Source: a virus (taxonomy: Duplodnaviria > Caudoviricetes). Taken from it: a DNA stretch of 64,000 nt. Location of the stretch: IMG/VR virus record IMGVR_UViG_3300042477_000769; one strand, 5' to 3'. The translations under genes and the position numbers were made by a program. Positions 40,973 through 50,605 of this stretch are shown piece by piece; within the stretch, counting starts at the first letter, position 1, and each line of letters opens with the position of its first letter. Under the pieces are notes generated by a model. It had not been told where the DNA came from. It made no database searches and saw only the letters and a list, made by a program, of their open reading frames with translations.

Positions 40973-41770
40973 ATGAAAGACAAAATTTGTAGCACCTGCC
41001 AAATTACTAAAGATATTTCTTGTTTTCACAAAAATAAAACCAAATTAGATGGATTAAGCAATATTTGCAAACCCTGTAAATCTTTATATTATCACGGATT
41101 TAAAAAAGAAAATACTAGAAAAATGTTGTTGCAACAACAGCTTAAACATTGTCCACAATGTCAAGAAATTAAACCTATTTCTTTATTCTTTAATAATAAA
41201 TCCTCAGCTAATAAACTGTCCACTTATTGCAAAACTTGTTCAGTCATTAAAAATAATCAATATTATCAACAACATAAGCCAAAATTAACCTGTCAAACTT
41301 GTACGACTTCTATTGCTAGAGGTAAATTTTGTCCAGAGTGTCGTATTATTCACAAAAAAGAATATCGAAAATTATTTGAAAGAAAGCAACGTCAACAGAT
41401 AGAATATCGGCTCAAGAATAATATTTCACGATCGGTTCGAGAGATGTTATTGTTAAGAAACAAAAGCAAAAGAAATCGCACAATTGTTAATTATTTAAAT
41501 TATTCGGTTAATGAATTAGTGGCTCATTTAGAATCTAAATTTGAGCCCTGGATGAATTGGGATAATTATGGAACATACAATAAAAATGTTTGGAATGACC
41601 AGGATATAAATACTTGGACATGGCAAATTGATCATATCATGCCTCATAGTTATTTCAATTATACCTCTTTAACAGAGGAAGCATTCCAGCAATGCTGGGA
41701 TCTGAATAATTTGAGACCTTTATCCGCCAAAGCCAATATACACAAAAGCAATTATTATGGCCAAAAATAA
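40973..41770 (+). CDS. HNH homing endonuclease-like protein (WQIDHI family)
   Basis: CxxC repeats in the N-terminal half; HLESKFEPWMNWDNYG...WTWQIDHIMP...NLRPLSAKAN. Confidence 0.8.
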   Translation: MKDKICSTCQITKDISCFHKNKTKLDGLSNICKPCKSLYYHGFKKENTRKMLLQQQLKHCPQCQEIKPISLFFNNKSSANKLSTYCKTCSVIKNNQYYQQHKPKLTCQTCTTSIARGKFCPECRIIHKKEYRKLFERKQRQQIEYRLKNNISRSVREMLLLRNKSKRNRTIVNYLNYSVNELVAHLESKFEPWMNWDNYGTYNKNVWNDQDINTWTWQIDHIMPHSYFNYTSLTEEAFQQCWDLNNLRPLSAKANIHKSNYYGQK

Positions 41771-42080
41771 ATTAATTCTTAATAAATGTGAAATTGAAGG
41801 GTGTCAAGAGACAGAAAATTTACATTTGCATCATATTATTGAAAGAACAGAATTAAATACCAATAATCATCCTTTTAATCTTAGTATTTTGTGTCCTAAT
41901 CATCATGCACATGTGCATAGTGGTAGATTAAAAATTATTGGAGTGTTCCCATCTACACAGTTACCGAATAAAAGAACCTTAATCTATGAATTAGATGGTA
42001 AAAAGAATGTAGACATAGATCGACCTTATATCCAATTTACTAATAAATCATTTAAAATTCATGGAGAAAGTAATGAGTAA
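41757..42080 (+). CDS. Small HNH-domain protein
   Basis: CEIEGC...LHLHHII...NL..LCPNHHA.VH. Confidence 0.7.
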   Translation: MAKNKLILNKCEIEGCQETENLHLHHIIERTELNTNNHPFNLSILCPNHHAHVHSGRLKIIGVFPSTQLPNKRTLIYELDGKKNVDIDRPYIQFTNKSFKIHGESNE

Positions 42081-42405
42081 GTTTAAAATTGATGCGACTA
42101 ATCCTGACAATATCAGTAATAAACCCACTAATGAAGCTGAGACTCGTAAAAAGTTTTTAACCGTGGCTAGTTGGGCCGGTCGTCAAAAAGATATGTTAAC
42201 TTTGTTTTATAAATTTGATAAATTAAGAAGAGAAGCTAAAACAGAAGAACAAAAAAAAGATCTAGGTAAAATCGGAGCGATTGAAGTATATAGATTATTA
42301 GGAGATTGTTTTGCTACTTTAAAAGCTAATGGAGCTTTAGTTCTTCCCGGTGTCGAACGTGGAGAATTATGGGTAGACGGAGAATTAGTATATAAAGAGA
42401 AATGA
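42073..42405 (+). CDS. Hypothetical protein
   Basis: GGAG RBS before ATG 42073; no family recognised. Confidence 0.55.
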   Translation: MSKFKIDATNPDNISNKPTNEAETRKKFLTVASWAGRQKDMLTLFYKFDKLRREAKTEEQKKDLGKIGAIEVYRLLGDCFATLKANGALVLPGVERGELWVDGELVYKEK

Positions 42406-42484
42406 TACGATTAAATCTTAAGTTTTAAGTAATTACGCCTACTTAAAACCAAAAAATTATTAAAGGGCGTATTTAGGATAAGAC

Positions 42485-42724
42485 ATGAGTGAAAATAAAA
42501 AACATTATGGTGAAGTTATCTTTTTTGATCCCAAAAAAGGTTATGGTTTCTTAGAATGGCGGAGCGAAGCCGGAGAACGACAAAAGGATCTTTTTGTTCA
42601 TTTCTCTGATGTAGTCTGTGATGGCTTTAAAACTCTGTTCAAAGGACAAAAAGTTTCTTTTGGATTAGGCACCAATATGAGAGGTGAGCCTAAAGCCACT
42701 GAAGTAACCGTACTCAGACATTGA
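42485..42724 (+). CDS. csp: Cold-shock domain protein
   Basis: GEVIFFDPKKGYGFL (RNP1), DLFVHFS (RNP2), GQKVSF...PKA.EV. Confidence 0.9.
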   Translation: MSENKKHYGEVIFFDPKKGYGFLEWRSEAGERQKDLFVHFSDVVCDGFKTLFKGQKVSFGLGTNMRGEPKATEVTVLRH

Positions 42725-42725
42725 G

Positions 42726-43010
42726 TTATTTTTTTAGAAATATTTGAATTATTTGAATGACTAAAGAAAGCAATCCAGTAATGAATAATACTTGAATTCG
42801 AAATAAATCTTTATTAGTAGCATCAGCCTGAACTAAGATTTTATCTATTTTCTTATCTTGTTCAGTTTGATTCTTTTTAATTTCATTTAAAGAACCAATC
42901 ACCTCTTCATTTTGGTCTGCGACTTCGGTTTGAATTTCAATAGATTTTTTGTTAACCTCTAAAATGAAGTCCAGGTCTTGTTTCTTTACATTATCATTTC
43001 GTTCGGGCAT
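42726..43010 (-). CDS. Coiled-coil protein with one C-terminal TM helix (XhlA/holin-like architecture)
   Basis: Coiled-coil N-terminus followed by IQVLFITGLLSLVIQIIQIFLKK. Confidence 0.5.
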   Translation of the reverse strand: MPERNDNVKKQDLDFILEVNKKSIEIQTEVADQNEEVIGSLNEIKKNQTEQDKKIDKILVQADATNKDLFRIQVLFITGLLSLVIQIIQIFLKK

Positions 43011-43029
43011 GCCTGGTTCCTTAGGTTAA

Positions 43030-43200
43030 TTATTTTGTTTTCTTACTAGCCTTTCTGGTCTTTATTTTATTAATTACCTTTTCGCATTTTTCATTCAAAT
43101 TTTTATACTCTTCCAAAATTTCATCCAGGTGCTCAATATTAGCTGGCTCTGGAGGGTCCATAGTATCATTAGATGTACTCACTAATCGTTTAAGAGACAT
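43030..43200 (-). CDS. Small hypothetical protein (56 aa), not in the ORF track
   Basis: Manual translation MSLKRLVSTSNDTMDPPEPANIEHLDEILEEYKNLNEKCEKVINKIKTRKASKKTK*; AAGGTG RBS; fills the gap between two minus-strand genes. Confidence 0.55.
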   Translation of the reverse strand: MSLKRLVSTSNDTMDPPEPANIEHLDEILEEYKNLNEKCEKVINKIKTRKASKKTK

Positions 43201-43202
43201 AA

Positions 43203-43589
43203 TCACACCTTTTTTCGAAGATTATCCAAATCTACCATATCGGCATTTTCTTTAGCAAATTCTTCATCAGACATATTTAATTCTTCATAGGTATCTTCTT
43301 TAATAGCAAAAATAGAGCGTTCTCGAGAAGGAATATTACTATTTTGTTGAAAAGACATTTGTGCTTTAGCGATTATGGGAGCCACTTTTCTTACTACTAA
43401 CTTATCCCGTTTCTTAAATAAAGAACCGGATTCAGCAGATTTTTTTAATTGCTCTAAATTATAGTAGTAGTGACGAGTATCCATTAAATTAACCGAAGTG
43501 TAAGCTTTAATAGTCAGATTCAAATCTGATAAGCTAACATTTCGATTAGAAATATTGGTAATCCAAAACTCTGGATGGGTTTTATCCAT
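43203..43589 (-). CDS. Hypothetical protein
   Basis: FWITNISNRNV...SAESGSLF resembles the N-terminus of the 22561 ORF. Confidence 0.55.
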   Translation of the reverse strand: MDKTHPEFWITNISNRNVSLSDLNLTIKAYTSVNLMDTRHYYYNLEQLKKSAESGSLFKKRDKLVVRKVAPIIAKAQMSFQQNSNIPSRERSIFAIKEDTYEELNMSDEEFAKENADMVDLDNLRKKV

Positions 43590-43665
43590 GATATCAGTAT
43601 ATTTTTTTATTAGTTGCTTTCCAAGAATTTATCAAAAAAGATATTATTAGTTTTGCATGTAGGGT

Positions 43666-44007
43666 ATGAGCAACATTTTGCAATATATGCCAGGAATGCA
43701 GGCGACAATTTATTTAGAAACCAAAAGTAGTGATGGTTATCGAACAGATAGTCCCACTCTCCCAATGGTCAATAAAATTATTTTTCCGGCATTAACCTTA
43801 GCAGCTAACTATCCGAGTCCAATGACCAAAGTAGAGACTGGATTATATGTAGCTCAATTTACTCTTCCTACCGGAGCGGCTTCGATTGGCAGTTATTTAG
43901 TCGATATCTCCTATACTCATCCTACTACTAATATAGTAAATACTGATATTTATCAGGTTATTGTGACAGCACCCTATGGCAATTTTACAGTTAATACTAC
44001 TATATAA
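43666..44007 (+). CDS. Small Ig-like structural protein, paralog of the N-terminal domain of the 44035 ORF
   Basis: DGYRTDSPTLP...TGLYVAQFTLP versus GSPVNTDSFP...GIGKYSYIFTIP. Confidence 0.5.
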   Translation: MSNILQYMPGMQATIYLETKSSDGYRTDSPTLPMVNKIIFPALTLAANYPSPMTKVETGLYVAQFTLPTGAASIGSYLVDISYTHPTTNIVNTDIYQVIVTAPYGNFTVNTTI

Positions 44008-44034
44008 ATCTCATTAGAGATTGGAGACTTAATC

Positions 44035-44934
44035 ATGGTAATCAAAGCACGCGGAGAAACTTTAGATGTGACGGATCAAGTTAATTTGATCGTACAATTT
44101 AAAGATTCAGCAGGAAGCCCAGTTAATACTGATTCGTTTCCTAGAATTTCTATTGTTCAACCCAGCGGATTAGTCTTATTAGCTCCAACTTCTGCCGGAG
44201 TAACCCAAGTAGGTATCGGTAAATACTCTTATATTTTTACTATCCCTATTAATGGACCTTATGGGGTGTTTCAAGATATTTGGGAAGGGTATATTAATGG
44301 ATTTCGAGTGGAAGCCTTATTTAATTTTGTCGTGGTTAAAACCGATATTCCAGCAATCAATACTGATGGTTATGCTCATTTAGGTGATAGTGTTCCTTTT
44401 AATTACTCCCAAGCGGCCATTAAAAATATTAATAAATTATTAAAATCATTACGAGCCAGATTAAATAGTCAAGGTAAAGCCAAAGCCACAGATAGTTATG
44501 GTAATGTTATTTATGTAGATTGTGATATTTTTTCTATTGATATGTTAGTTACTTTCTTAGCTACTGCTTTATGGGACTTTAATCAAGTGCCATTTTTTAC
44601 ATTCTTTCAATTTGATGATGATAATTTCGTTGAACAATTTGGAGAAATTTTAGTAGAAGGTGCCACCCTCTATGCTTTAGCGTCTAAAGCGTTAATTGAA
44701 AGAGGAAGAGAGTTTCAAATTACCGATAATGGATTAAATTTTAATCCTCCTACCGTGAGTGATTTGATGAATACTCAGTATAGTAGTTTGTTGAGCCATT
44801 ACTGGGAAAAGTTGAAGTTCATAAAAGCCTCCCTCCGCCCTGCCCCTCGTGGCCTGGGCGTCTTTGGGATGAGTTCGGGGCTGAACCCGGCCTTCGCTAG
44901 ATTAAGACATCTGCGGGCACGCAGATTAATCTAG
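44035..44934 (+). CDS. Putative head-tail adaptor (neck) protein with an N-terminal Ig-like domain
   Basis: Helical C-half (LVTFLATALWDFNQ..., GATLYAL..., ITDNGLNF) is of the adaptor type; position in the neck region. Confidence 0.55.
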   Translation: MVIKARGETLDVTDQVNLIVQFKDSAGSPVNTDSFPRISIVQPSGLVLLAPTSAGVTQVGIGKYSYIFTIPINGPYGVFQDIWEGYINGFRVEALFNFVVVKTDIPAINTDGYAHLGDSVPFNYSQAAIKNINKLLKSLRARLNSQGKAKATDSYGNVIYVDCDIFSIDMLVTFLATALWDFNQVPFFTFFQFDDDNFVEQFGEILVEGATLYALASKALIERGREFQITDNGLNFNPPTVSDLMNTQYSSLLSHYWEKLKFIKASLRPAPRGLGVFGMSSGLNPAFARLRHLRARRLI

Positions 44935-44946
44935 CTCCCGCGCCCG

Positions 44947-45708
44947 CTAAACTCTTTTATTGCTATCTAATAAATTCATTTTAGAAGAATAAGGCCGAAG
45001 ATTATTAAGTCCCCAGCAGGCTAAAAATTGAGGGTCAGCCATAGAAGTAAAATAAAAAGAAGATTGCGGAATAATATGATCTATTTGCCAAGTCCAAGTA
45101 GATGGATCATGATCTTGCCAACTATTTTTTCGATAGGAACCATAATTACTCCAATGCATCCAGGGTTCAAATTGTGACTCCAAATGTTGAATTAAATTAT
45201 CAATAGAATATCCTAAATAATCTAAACAAGAGTTCTTCTGTTTAGCAGAACCAACAGATTTTAAATAATTATTAATGCTGGCAGAAATATTATAACGCAG
45301 CTTAAAACTTATCTTAGTGGAGCGTTGATAGCGCTGATAATGTCGATGATATTCTCTAATCTGTTTTATATTATTAGCTTGATATATTTTATTTTGTTCC
45401 AAAATACGTTGTTTGTTTAATGAATAATAATTTTTATTGTACTCTTTCTTTTCTTCTGGATGTTGTTGATAAGATTGAGATTCTGTTAATAAGATTTTCT
45501 CTTTATTATCTTGGTAGTACTTTTGTTTGCGGTGTTGTATGGCAGATTTATTATTTTGATAATAAGTTTTATCATATTGTTGTTGATAATTTTTAATTTT
45601 ATCTTTATTTTTAGCTCGATATTCTCTCATGCGAATGGTATTACAGTCAGTACACAATCCATTCTTTTTAACATGGCTTTCTTGTTGACAATTCATACAA
45701 GCTTTCAT
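44947..45708 (-). CDS. HNH homing endonuclease-like protein (WQIDHI family)
   Basis: HLESQFEPWMHWSNYG...WTWQIDHIIP...NLRPYSSKMN. Confidence 0.8.
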   Translation of the reverse strand: MKACMNCQQESHVKKNGLCTDCNTIRMREYRAKNKDKIKNYQQQYDKTYYQNNKSAIQHRKQKYYQDNKEKILLTESQSYQQHPEEKKEYNKNYYSLNKQRILEQNKIYQANNIKQIREYHRHYQRYQRSTKISFKLRYNISASINNYLKSVGSAKQKNSCLDYLGYSIDNLIQHLESQFEPWMHWSNYGSYRKNSWQDHDPSTWTWQIDHIIPQSSFYFTSMADPQFLACWGLNNLRPYSSKMNLLDSNKRV

Positions 45709-46193
45709 TTTTTTAGTGGAAACGTAATGGTCATTCCATTTTTTTCAGTCGATAAAAATAAATCATTAACGGTGTGTTTTATTTCTGGTATTGAAAAAGA
45801 AGATATTTCAGAATCATGGAATGACAGAGTAATATGAGGGGTAAAATCTCTAAAAATTTTAGAGAATTCAATATTATTATTTTCTAATGTTTGTATTATT
45901 TTATTTCTAATAGAAAATAAAGGTAATGATTTCACTTTTGCAAAAATAGGAACTGGAGTGTTGGCTATTTTAGGGAAACAAGCAATAGTTTTAGTAGTAA
46001 TATCAAATGGTTCGCAATTTTTAATAGTATCATAAAGAATTGGCAATATGGCGGACGCTTTAGCTATTGATAATTTATCAAAATAAACTAAAGTAATATG
46101 GTAATTAATAATTTCTTCTTTAGTGCCAGGGAGGTTAACTTTAACAAGTTGAGTTCCAATATTTTCTGGTATTTTTATTCCGAGGTAAGCCAT
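45705..46193 (-). CDS. 2H phosphoesterase (LigT/Acb1-like)
   Basis: Two HxT motifs, YHITL and PHITL, about 80 aa apart. Confidence 0.8.
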   Translation of the reverse strand: MAYLGIKIPENIGTQLVKVNLPGTKEEIINYHITLVYFDKLSIAKASAILPILYDTIKNCEPFDITTKTIACFPKIANTPVPIFAKVKSLPLFSIRNKIIQTLENNNIEFSKIFRDFTPHITLSFHDSEISSFSIPEIKHTVNDLFLSTEKNGMTITFPLKK

Positions 46194-46261
46194 GCATTCA
46201 ATATAACCCGTTTAGTTTCTCATATTAATGAGAAAATATATGTGTTAATTGGCATTTATAT

Positions 46262-46771
46262 GTGAAAAAAATTCCGTTAGCTGAGATTAAAGCCTTACCT
46301 CCTACTTTTTTTCTTCGTTTGATCAAAAAAATGAAGAAAAAACTTAAGGAAGATGAAGTAATGCGTAAAATCTTCCAAGAATATGAGACAGATATCAATG
46401 AATTGGATTTTTATCCGATGAAATTTGGTAATTTAGACGTGTCAGCTAAAACAGATCATGGAATTATTATTTTTAATTATAAGCTATTGTGTGATGGTGA
46501 TTTCGAAAAAGATTATAGTTATGCTATTCATGAAGTTACCCATGTTTTACAGCAAACGACCGGCAATAAACCCACTCAAGGGGCAGATGATGGAAGTTAT
46601 CTAGATAATCCTCATGAAAAAGAAGGTTTTCAAAATCAAGTAGAATATATTGCTAATGATTTAGGAGAAGAGGCCGCAGAAGATTATGTGGATAACTTAT
46701 TAGAGTATCATGATATTGAAGACAATAAAGAATTCAAAAATAAAAAAGAAACCTTGATGTCTAAGGTGTAA
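46262..46771 (+). CDS. Zincin-like metallopeptidase-motif protein
   Basis: AIHEVTHVLQ (HExxH) with downstream YLDNPHEKEGF. Confidence 0.55.
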   Translation: MKKIPLAEIKALPPTFFLRLIKKMKKKLKEDEVMRKIFQEYETDINELDFYPMKFGNLDVSAKTDHGIIIFNYKLLCDGDFEKDYSYAIHEVTHVLQQTTGNKPTQGADDGSYLDNPHEKEGFQNQVEYIANDLGEEAAEDYVDNLLEYHDIEDNKEFKNKKETLMSKV

Positions 46772-46782
46772 CTGGAGTAATC

Positions 46783-48735
46783 ATGGTATTTTATCCTAAT
46801 CCCGTTAGAGCTGGAACACAAGTAGTTAGTAGTTTAGGCGATGGTTATACTATTAATGTCAAATGGTTTCAAGCCATTCCATCCGTTAAAAGCAATAAAA
46901 TTGCGTATAATATTTATTATTCAACAGTTAAAGACGCGGTGTTTTTAGAAGGGCCCAAATTACTATCTATTGATGAATGTTTGGAAGCCAATATTATTGG
47001 TTTAACGCCAGGACAAGAATATTTTGTGGCAGTCCGGCCCATTGAATATAATTCTAATTTTTATAATTTATCATTATTACCTATTGCTCATGATAATTTA
47101 AGATATTACCCACAAAGCATTTTACGAGAAAATATCACTAATAGTTCTTTACTTATTCCTTTATTAGATGTGACTGATTTTCCTTCTACCGGTGTTATTA
47201 AAGTAGGAGTTGAGTTAATTCAATATTCTTCTGTGGATATTGCCAATAACAATTTAATTGTTCCCGCTCCTACTGCCGCTACTCCCGCCCAATTGGTTGA
47301 TTTAGGTGGTGGTAATTTTTATGAACCTTTAGTCTCCAATGTAGGACAAGGTAGTATAAATAATTTATCTGTAGGAACTGGAATTACTGAAACCTGGACA
47401 ATTCGATGTGTAGGAGTACAGAGAGATCCTTCTAATAATCCAATTGCTAATACGGCTAAATTTATTGCTATTGGATCCATTACTGGAACTCGATATGATG
47501 GATATGGTAATCAAATTATTTGGCAAGCTAATGGTACAGTAGTTAGTAATGGAGTATTAACTTTTGGAATTACAGAAACTTCTCCAGTTTTTCGTGAGGG
47601 AGATGGATTTAGGGTAGAAGTAATTGGAGCAGTAGCCGGAAGTAGTGGAGGAAGAGGCTATGATAATAGCGTAGCTCGGTTACATACTACTGCTGGATTT
47701 GATGGTTTGCGTATTTGGGACACTAATATTCCATTTTTTGTCATTGGAGAAAGCCAGATGTTTGACCGTATTTTTATGTGTCAATCTAGGTTTGAATATC
47801 CTAATCATGCATTTACCTTAGTAGATGGGTATCATCAAGTATTAACAGATATTTTATCTACTGATTTATCGGAAGCCGATGCTTCTAACGTTAATTTTCC
47901 AATGTATGATTATGCTGGATATCATCGTACAGATCCAGTACAATTATTAAATGGCACTTGTGTGGGCAGCTATTTAGGCGGAGAGCAAGGGTGCATTGAT
48001 GGATACGGCAATTTTCAAATATTTAGAGGCATGTCATTACAGGATCAAAACACTCAACGTCAAGAGATTTTGTTATCAGTCACAGGAAGAGATGCAATTT
48101 TAATTCGTCGAGTCCAAACTGGAATTACCTGTTCTTGTTATTTAGCCTCTAGTGAATATCAAGATGATAGATGTCCTAAATGTTATGGAACTAAATTTGT
48201 GTTTGGTTACCAGCAATATTTTAATCCTAGAATTTCTAGTGGTCGTATTAGAGTCAGAATTGGCCCCACACCAGAAGGATTAAAAATGTATGAAGCTGGT
48301 TTAGAGTCAGAGTTCCCAATTGATGTTTGGACATTAACCGTACCAACTATTAAAATGAGAGATGTAATAGTATTATTTGATCAAACTGGAGTTAATGAAG
48401 AATTTCGATATGAGGTGACTGAAGTTAATAGAAATAATACTATTGTAGGATTACAAGGTGGCCAAAAATTTAGAGCTATTCGAGTCAGAAAAACAGATCC
48501 AATTTATCAAATTAGAGTGTTTAGAGATAGCTCTATGTTTCCGAGTAAATTAAATACTAGCATTGGATTTGTCACAGGAATACCACCACATACTCATGAA
48601 ATTACGGTAAGTGAAAAAATAACTGCGGTTAATCAAATTAATCAAACAACTGATATTTCTGCTTCTCATAATCATCCCATTGTTAATGGGGTAGTCATGG
48701 AAGTATTAGGACATACTCATACGATTATTATTTGA
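46783..48735 (+). CDS. Multidomain neck/head-closure-type structural protein (FN3 + sheath-shared domain + Zn-finger beta domain)
   Basis: FN3-like VKW..YNIYYS..GLTPGQEYFVAVRP; CSC...RCPKCYGT; RDVIVL...EFRYEV beta-barrel; C-terminal HxH repeats. Confidence 0.5.
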   Translation: MVFYPNPVRAGTQVVSSLGDGYTINVKWFQAIPSVKSNKIAYNIYYSTVKDAVFLEGPKLLSIDECLEANIIGLTPGQEYFVAVRPIEYNSNFYNLSLLPIAHDNLRYYPQSILRENITNSSLLIPLLDVTDFPSTGVIKVGVELIQYSSVDIANNNLIVPAPTAATPAQLVDLGGGNFYEPLVSNVGQGSINNLSVGTGITETWTIRCVGVQRDPSNNPIANTAKFIAIGSITGTRYDGYGNQIIWQANGTVVSNGVLTFGITETSPVFREGDGFRVEVIGAVAGSSGGRGYDNSVARLHTTAGFDGLRIWDTNIPFFVIGESQMFDRIFMCQSRFEYPNHAFTLVDGYHQVLTDILSTDLSEADASNVNFPMYDYAGYHRTDPVQLLNGTCVGSYLGGEQGCIDGYGNFQIFRGMSLQDQNTQRQEILLSVTGRDAILIRRVQTGITCSCYLASSEYQDDRCPKCYGTKFVFGYQQYFNPRISSGRIRVRIGPTPEGLKMYEAGLESEFPIDVWTLTVPTIKMRDVIVLFDQTGVNEEFRYEVTEVNRNNTIVGLQGGQKFRAIRVRKTDPIYQIRVFRDSSMFPSKLNTSIGFVTGIPPHTHEITVSEKITAVNQINQTTDISASHNHPIVNGVVMEVLGHTHTIII

Positions 48736-48784
48736 AATAATAATAAAAGGACATACAGATAAATCTTTATAATACGAGAAATTA

Positions 48785-50140
48785 ATGGCAAACCCTCCAA
48801 ATCCTACAAACCCTAATATTACTACTGGCGCGACTACGGGCCGAGTAGCGGCAGATCGATATGATTTTCAAAAACATATAGTAGGAGAAGATTTTCGACA
48901 TGATGGCTATTCTTTAGATTTAACACCACCCGTCGTTATTAATTCAGTATCTTATCCTAATGTTCATGCCGCTATTTCTCAGCTAGCTAATTTAATAAAT
49001 CCACCACCTCCGCCTGATGCCACGGCTTCAGTTAAAGGTTTAGTAAGATTAGCTGGCGATTTAGCCGGAACCAGTACCAGTGCGTTAACTCCCAGAGTTT
49101 CTGGTTTACAAGGATATCCAGTTAATACTTTAACTCCTACTTCGGGTCAAATCTTAACTTGGAATGGTAGTGCTTGGGGCCCAGCAGCCGCTCCTGTTAG
49201 TTTTACCGCAGGTGGAGATTTAACAGGGTCTAGTACTGATCAAGAGGTAATAAGTTTATCTGGAGCGGCTAATCTAGTTACTATGTTATGTGGAATTTTT
49301 ACCTGGGATCCTGCTATTAGCAATCCAACTATTTCACAACTAGCAGAGCCATCAACTAATGCAAGAAATTTAACAGTAGTAGCTCAATCTGCCACCGCAT
49401 CAGCTACAAATGGGGGCGCTTTAAGACTTAGAGGCGGAACTAGTGGAGCTGGTGGTTTAGGTGGAGGAATAGAATTTCAAGTGGCAGGACAAAGATTATT
49501 ACATGCGTCAGAAGTTGCTTCGGGTCGTAGAGTTTTAGCTTTAGCTGGTAGTAGCAATGTTACTACAACTAATATGCCCGCTAATACTGGAGATAGAGTT
49601 ATTTTTATTCATGATAGTGCGACTGCGCCTACTACTGGCATTCCAGTAGGCGGAGTTATTTTATATTCCAAAGCAGGAGTATTGTGGAATAAAAATGCTG
49701 ATGGTTATGATTTTGCAATTGGATCTAGCCCTAATCCTAGAATAAATGGAGATGAAAAAACTTCATTTATATTTGAATATCGTGCAGAAGTTGTTACGAC
49801 TACTGGAACAACAGATGAGATGTTTACTAAAATTTTTAGTGATCCTAATTTTTTTGACTCGACTGTGAGAGTAGAAGCCAAGATTTTAGGCAGACAAAAT
49901 CCTACAGCTAATGCTATGATTGTTAATTTAACCAATTCTTATGTTGTTAATAGTGCTGGAACATTAACTGCTATGGGTGTTATTAGTAGTATAGACCCTA
50001 GAAATACTGCTGGAGCCTCTGGTTGGACTGTTCCAACTATTACTATTTCTGGAAACAAATTAGATATAGTGTCTGGAGCCAATGCGTCAACAACTATTCA
50101 TTGGGCCGCATTTATCAATATATATGTCAATCACTATTAA
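48785..50140 (+). CDS. Tail/collar fibre-like protein
   Basis: PDATASVKGLVRLAGDLAG, PTSGQILTWNGSAW and AGGDLTG motifs typical of phage fibre shafts; Gly-rich beta repeats. Confidence 0.65.
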   Translation: MANPPNPTNPNITTGATTGRVAADRYDFQKHIVGEDFRHDGYSLDLTPPVVINSVSYPNVHAAISQLANLINPPPPPDATASVKGLVRLAGDLAGTSTSALTPRVSGLQGYPVNTLTPTSGQILTWNGSAWGPAAAPVSFTAGGDLTGSSTDQEVISLSGAANLVTMLCGIFTWDPAISNPTISQLAEPSTNARNLTVVAQSATASATNGGALRLRGGTSGAGGLGGGIEFQVAGQRLLHASEVASGRRVLALAGSSNVTTTNMPANTGDRVIFIHDSATAPTTGIPVGGVILYSKAGVLWNKNADGYDFAIGSSPNPRINGDEKTSFIFEYRAEVVTTTGTTDEMFTKIFSDPNFFDSTVRVEAKILGRQNPTANAMIVNLTNSYVVNSAGTLTAMGVISSIDPRNTAGASGWTVPTITISGNKLDIVSGANASTTIHWAAFINIYVNHY

Positions 50141-50186
50141 TATTCAATGAATACTAATTAAATTGTATCCAATACAAGGAGTTTGT

Positions 50187-50567
50187 ATGGAACAAATCTT
50201 TTTAGGATTTATAACCTGGCAATTTTTATTTTTTTGTTTAGCTCTTGGTGCATTAGTATATGTAGTTAGAACTTCAGTAGAATTTGCTTTACATAATACT
50301 AACAAAAATGCAAAGTGGTGGAGAGAATTGGTTCTCCCAATTTTTCCAATTGTGTTAGGTCCAACAGTTACTTTTTTTATTACTGTTTATCCATATCCTG
50401 AAGGATTTGATGGTGCCGGAGGTCGTTGGATTTTCGGATTAGTCGCGGGTTTTACTTCTGGATTTGTAGTAAGAATTTATAAATCTTGGCTATCTGGTAA
50501 AGTAACTGATTTAATCAGCCGACTAAAAGTAACCTTAACGCCAAATAAAGAAGAACCAAAAGAATAA
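50187..50567 (+). CDS. Holin-like membrane protein (three hydrophobic segments, charged C-terminus)
   Basis: AAGGAG RBS before ATG 50187; three TM-like stretches and a K/E-rich tail. Confidence 0.55.
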   Translation: MEQIFLGFITWQFLFFCLALGALVYVVRTSVEFALHNTNKNAKWWRELVLPIFPIVLGPTVTFFITVYPYPEGFDGAGGRWIFGLVAGFTSGFVVRIYKSWLSGKVTDLISRLKVTLTPNKEEPKE

Positions 50568-50605
50568 TAACAAATTTAGTTATATAAATTACCGATGGTA
50601 GGATT

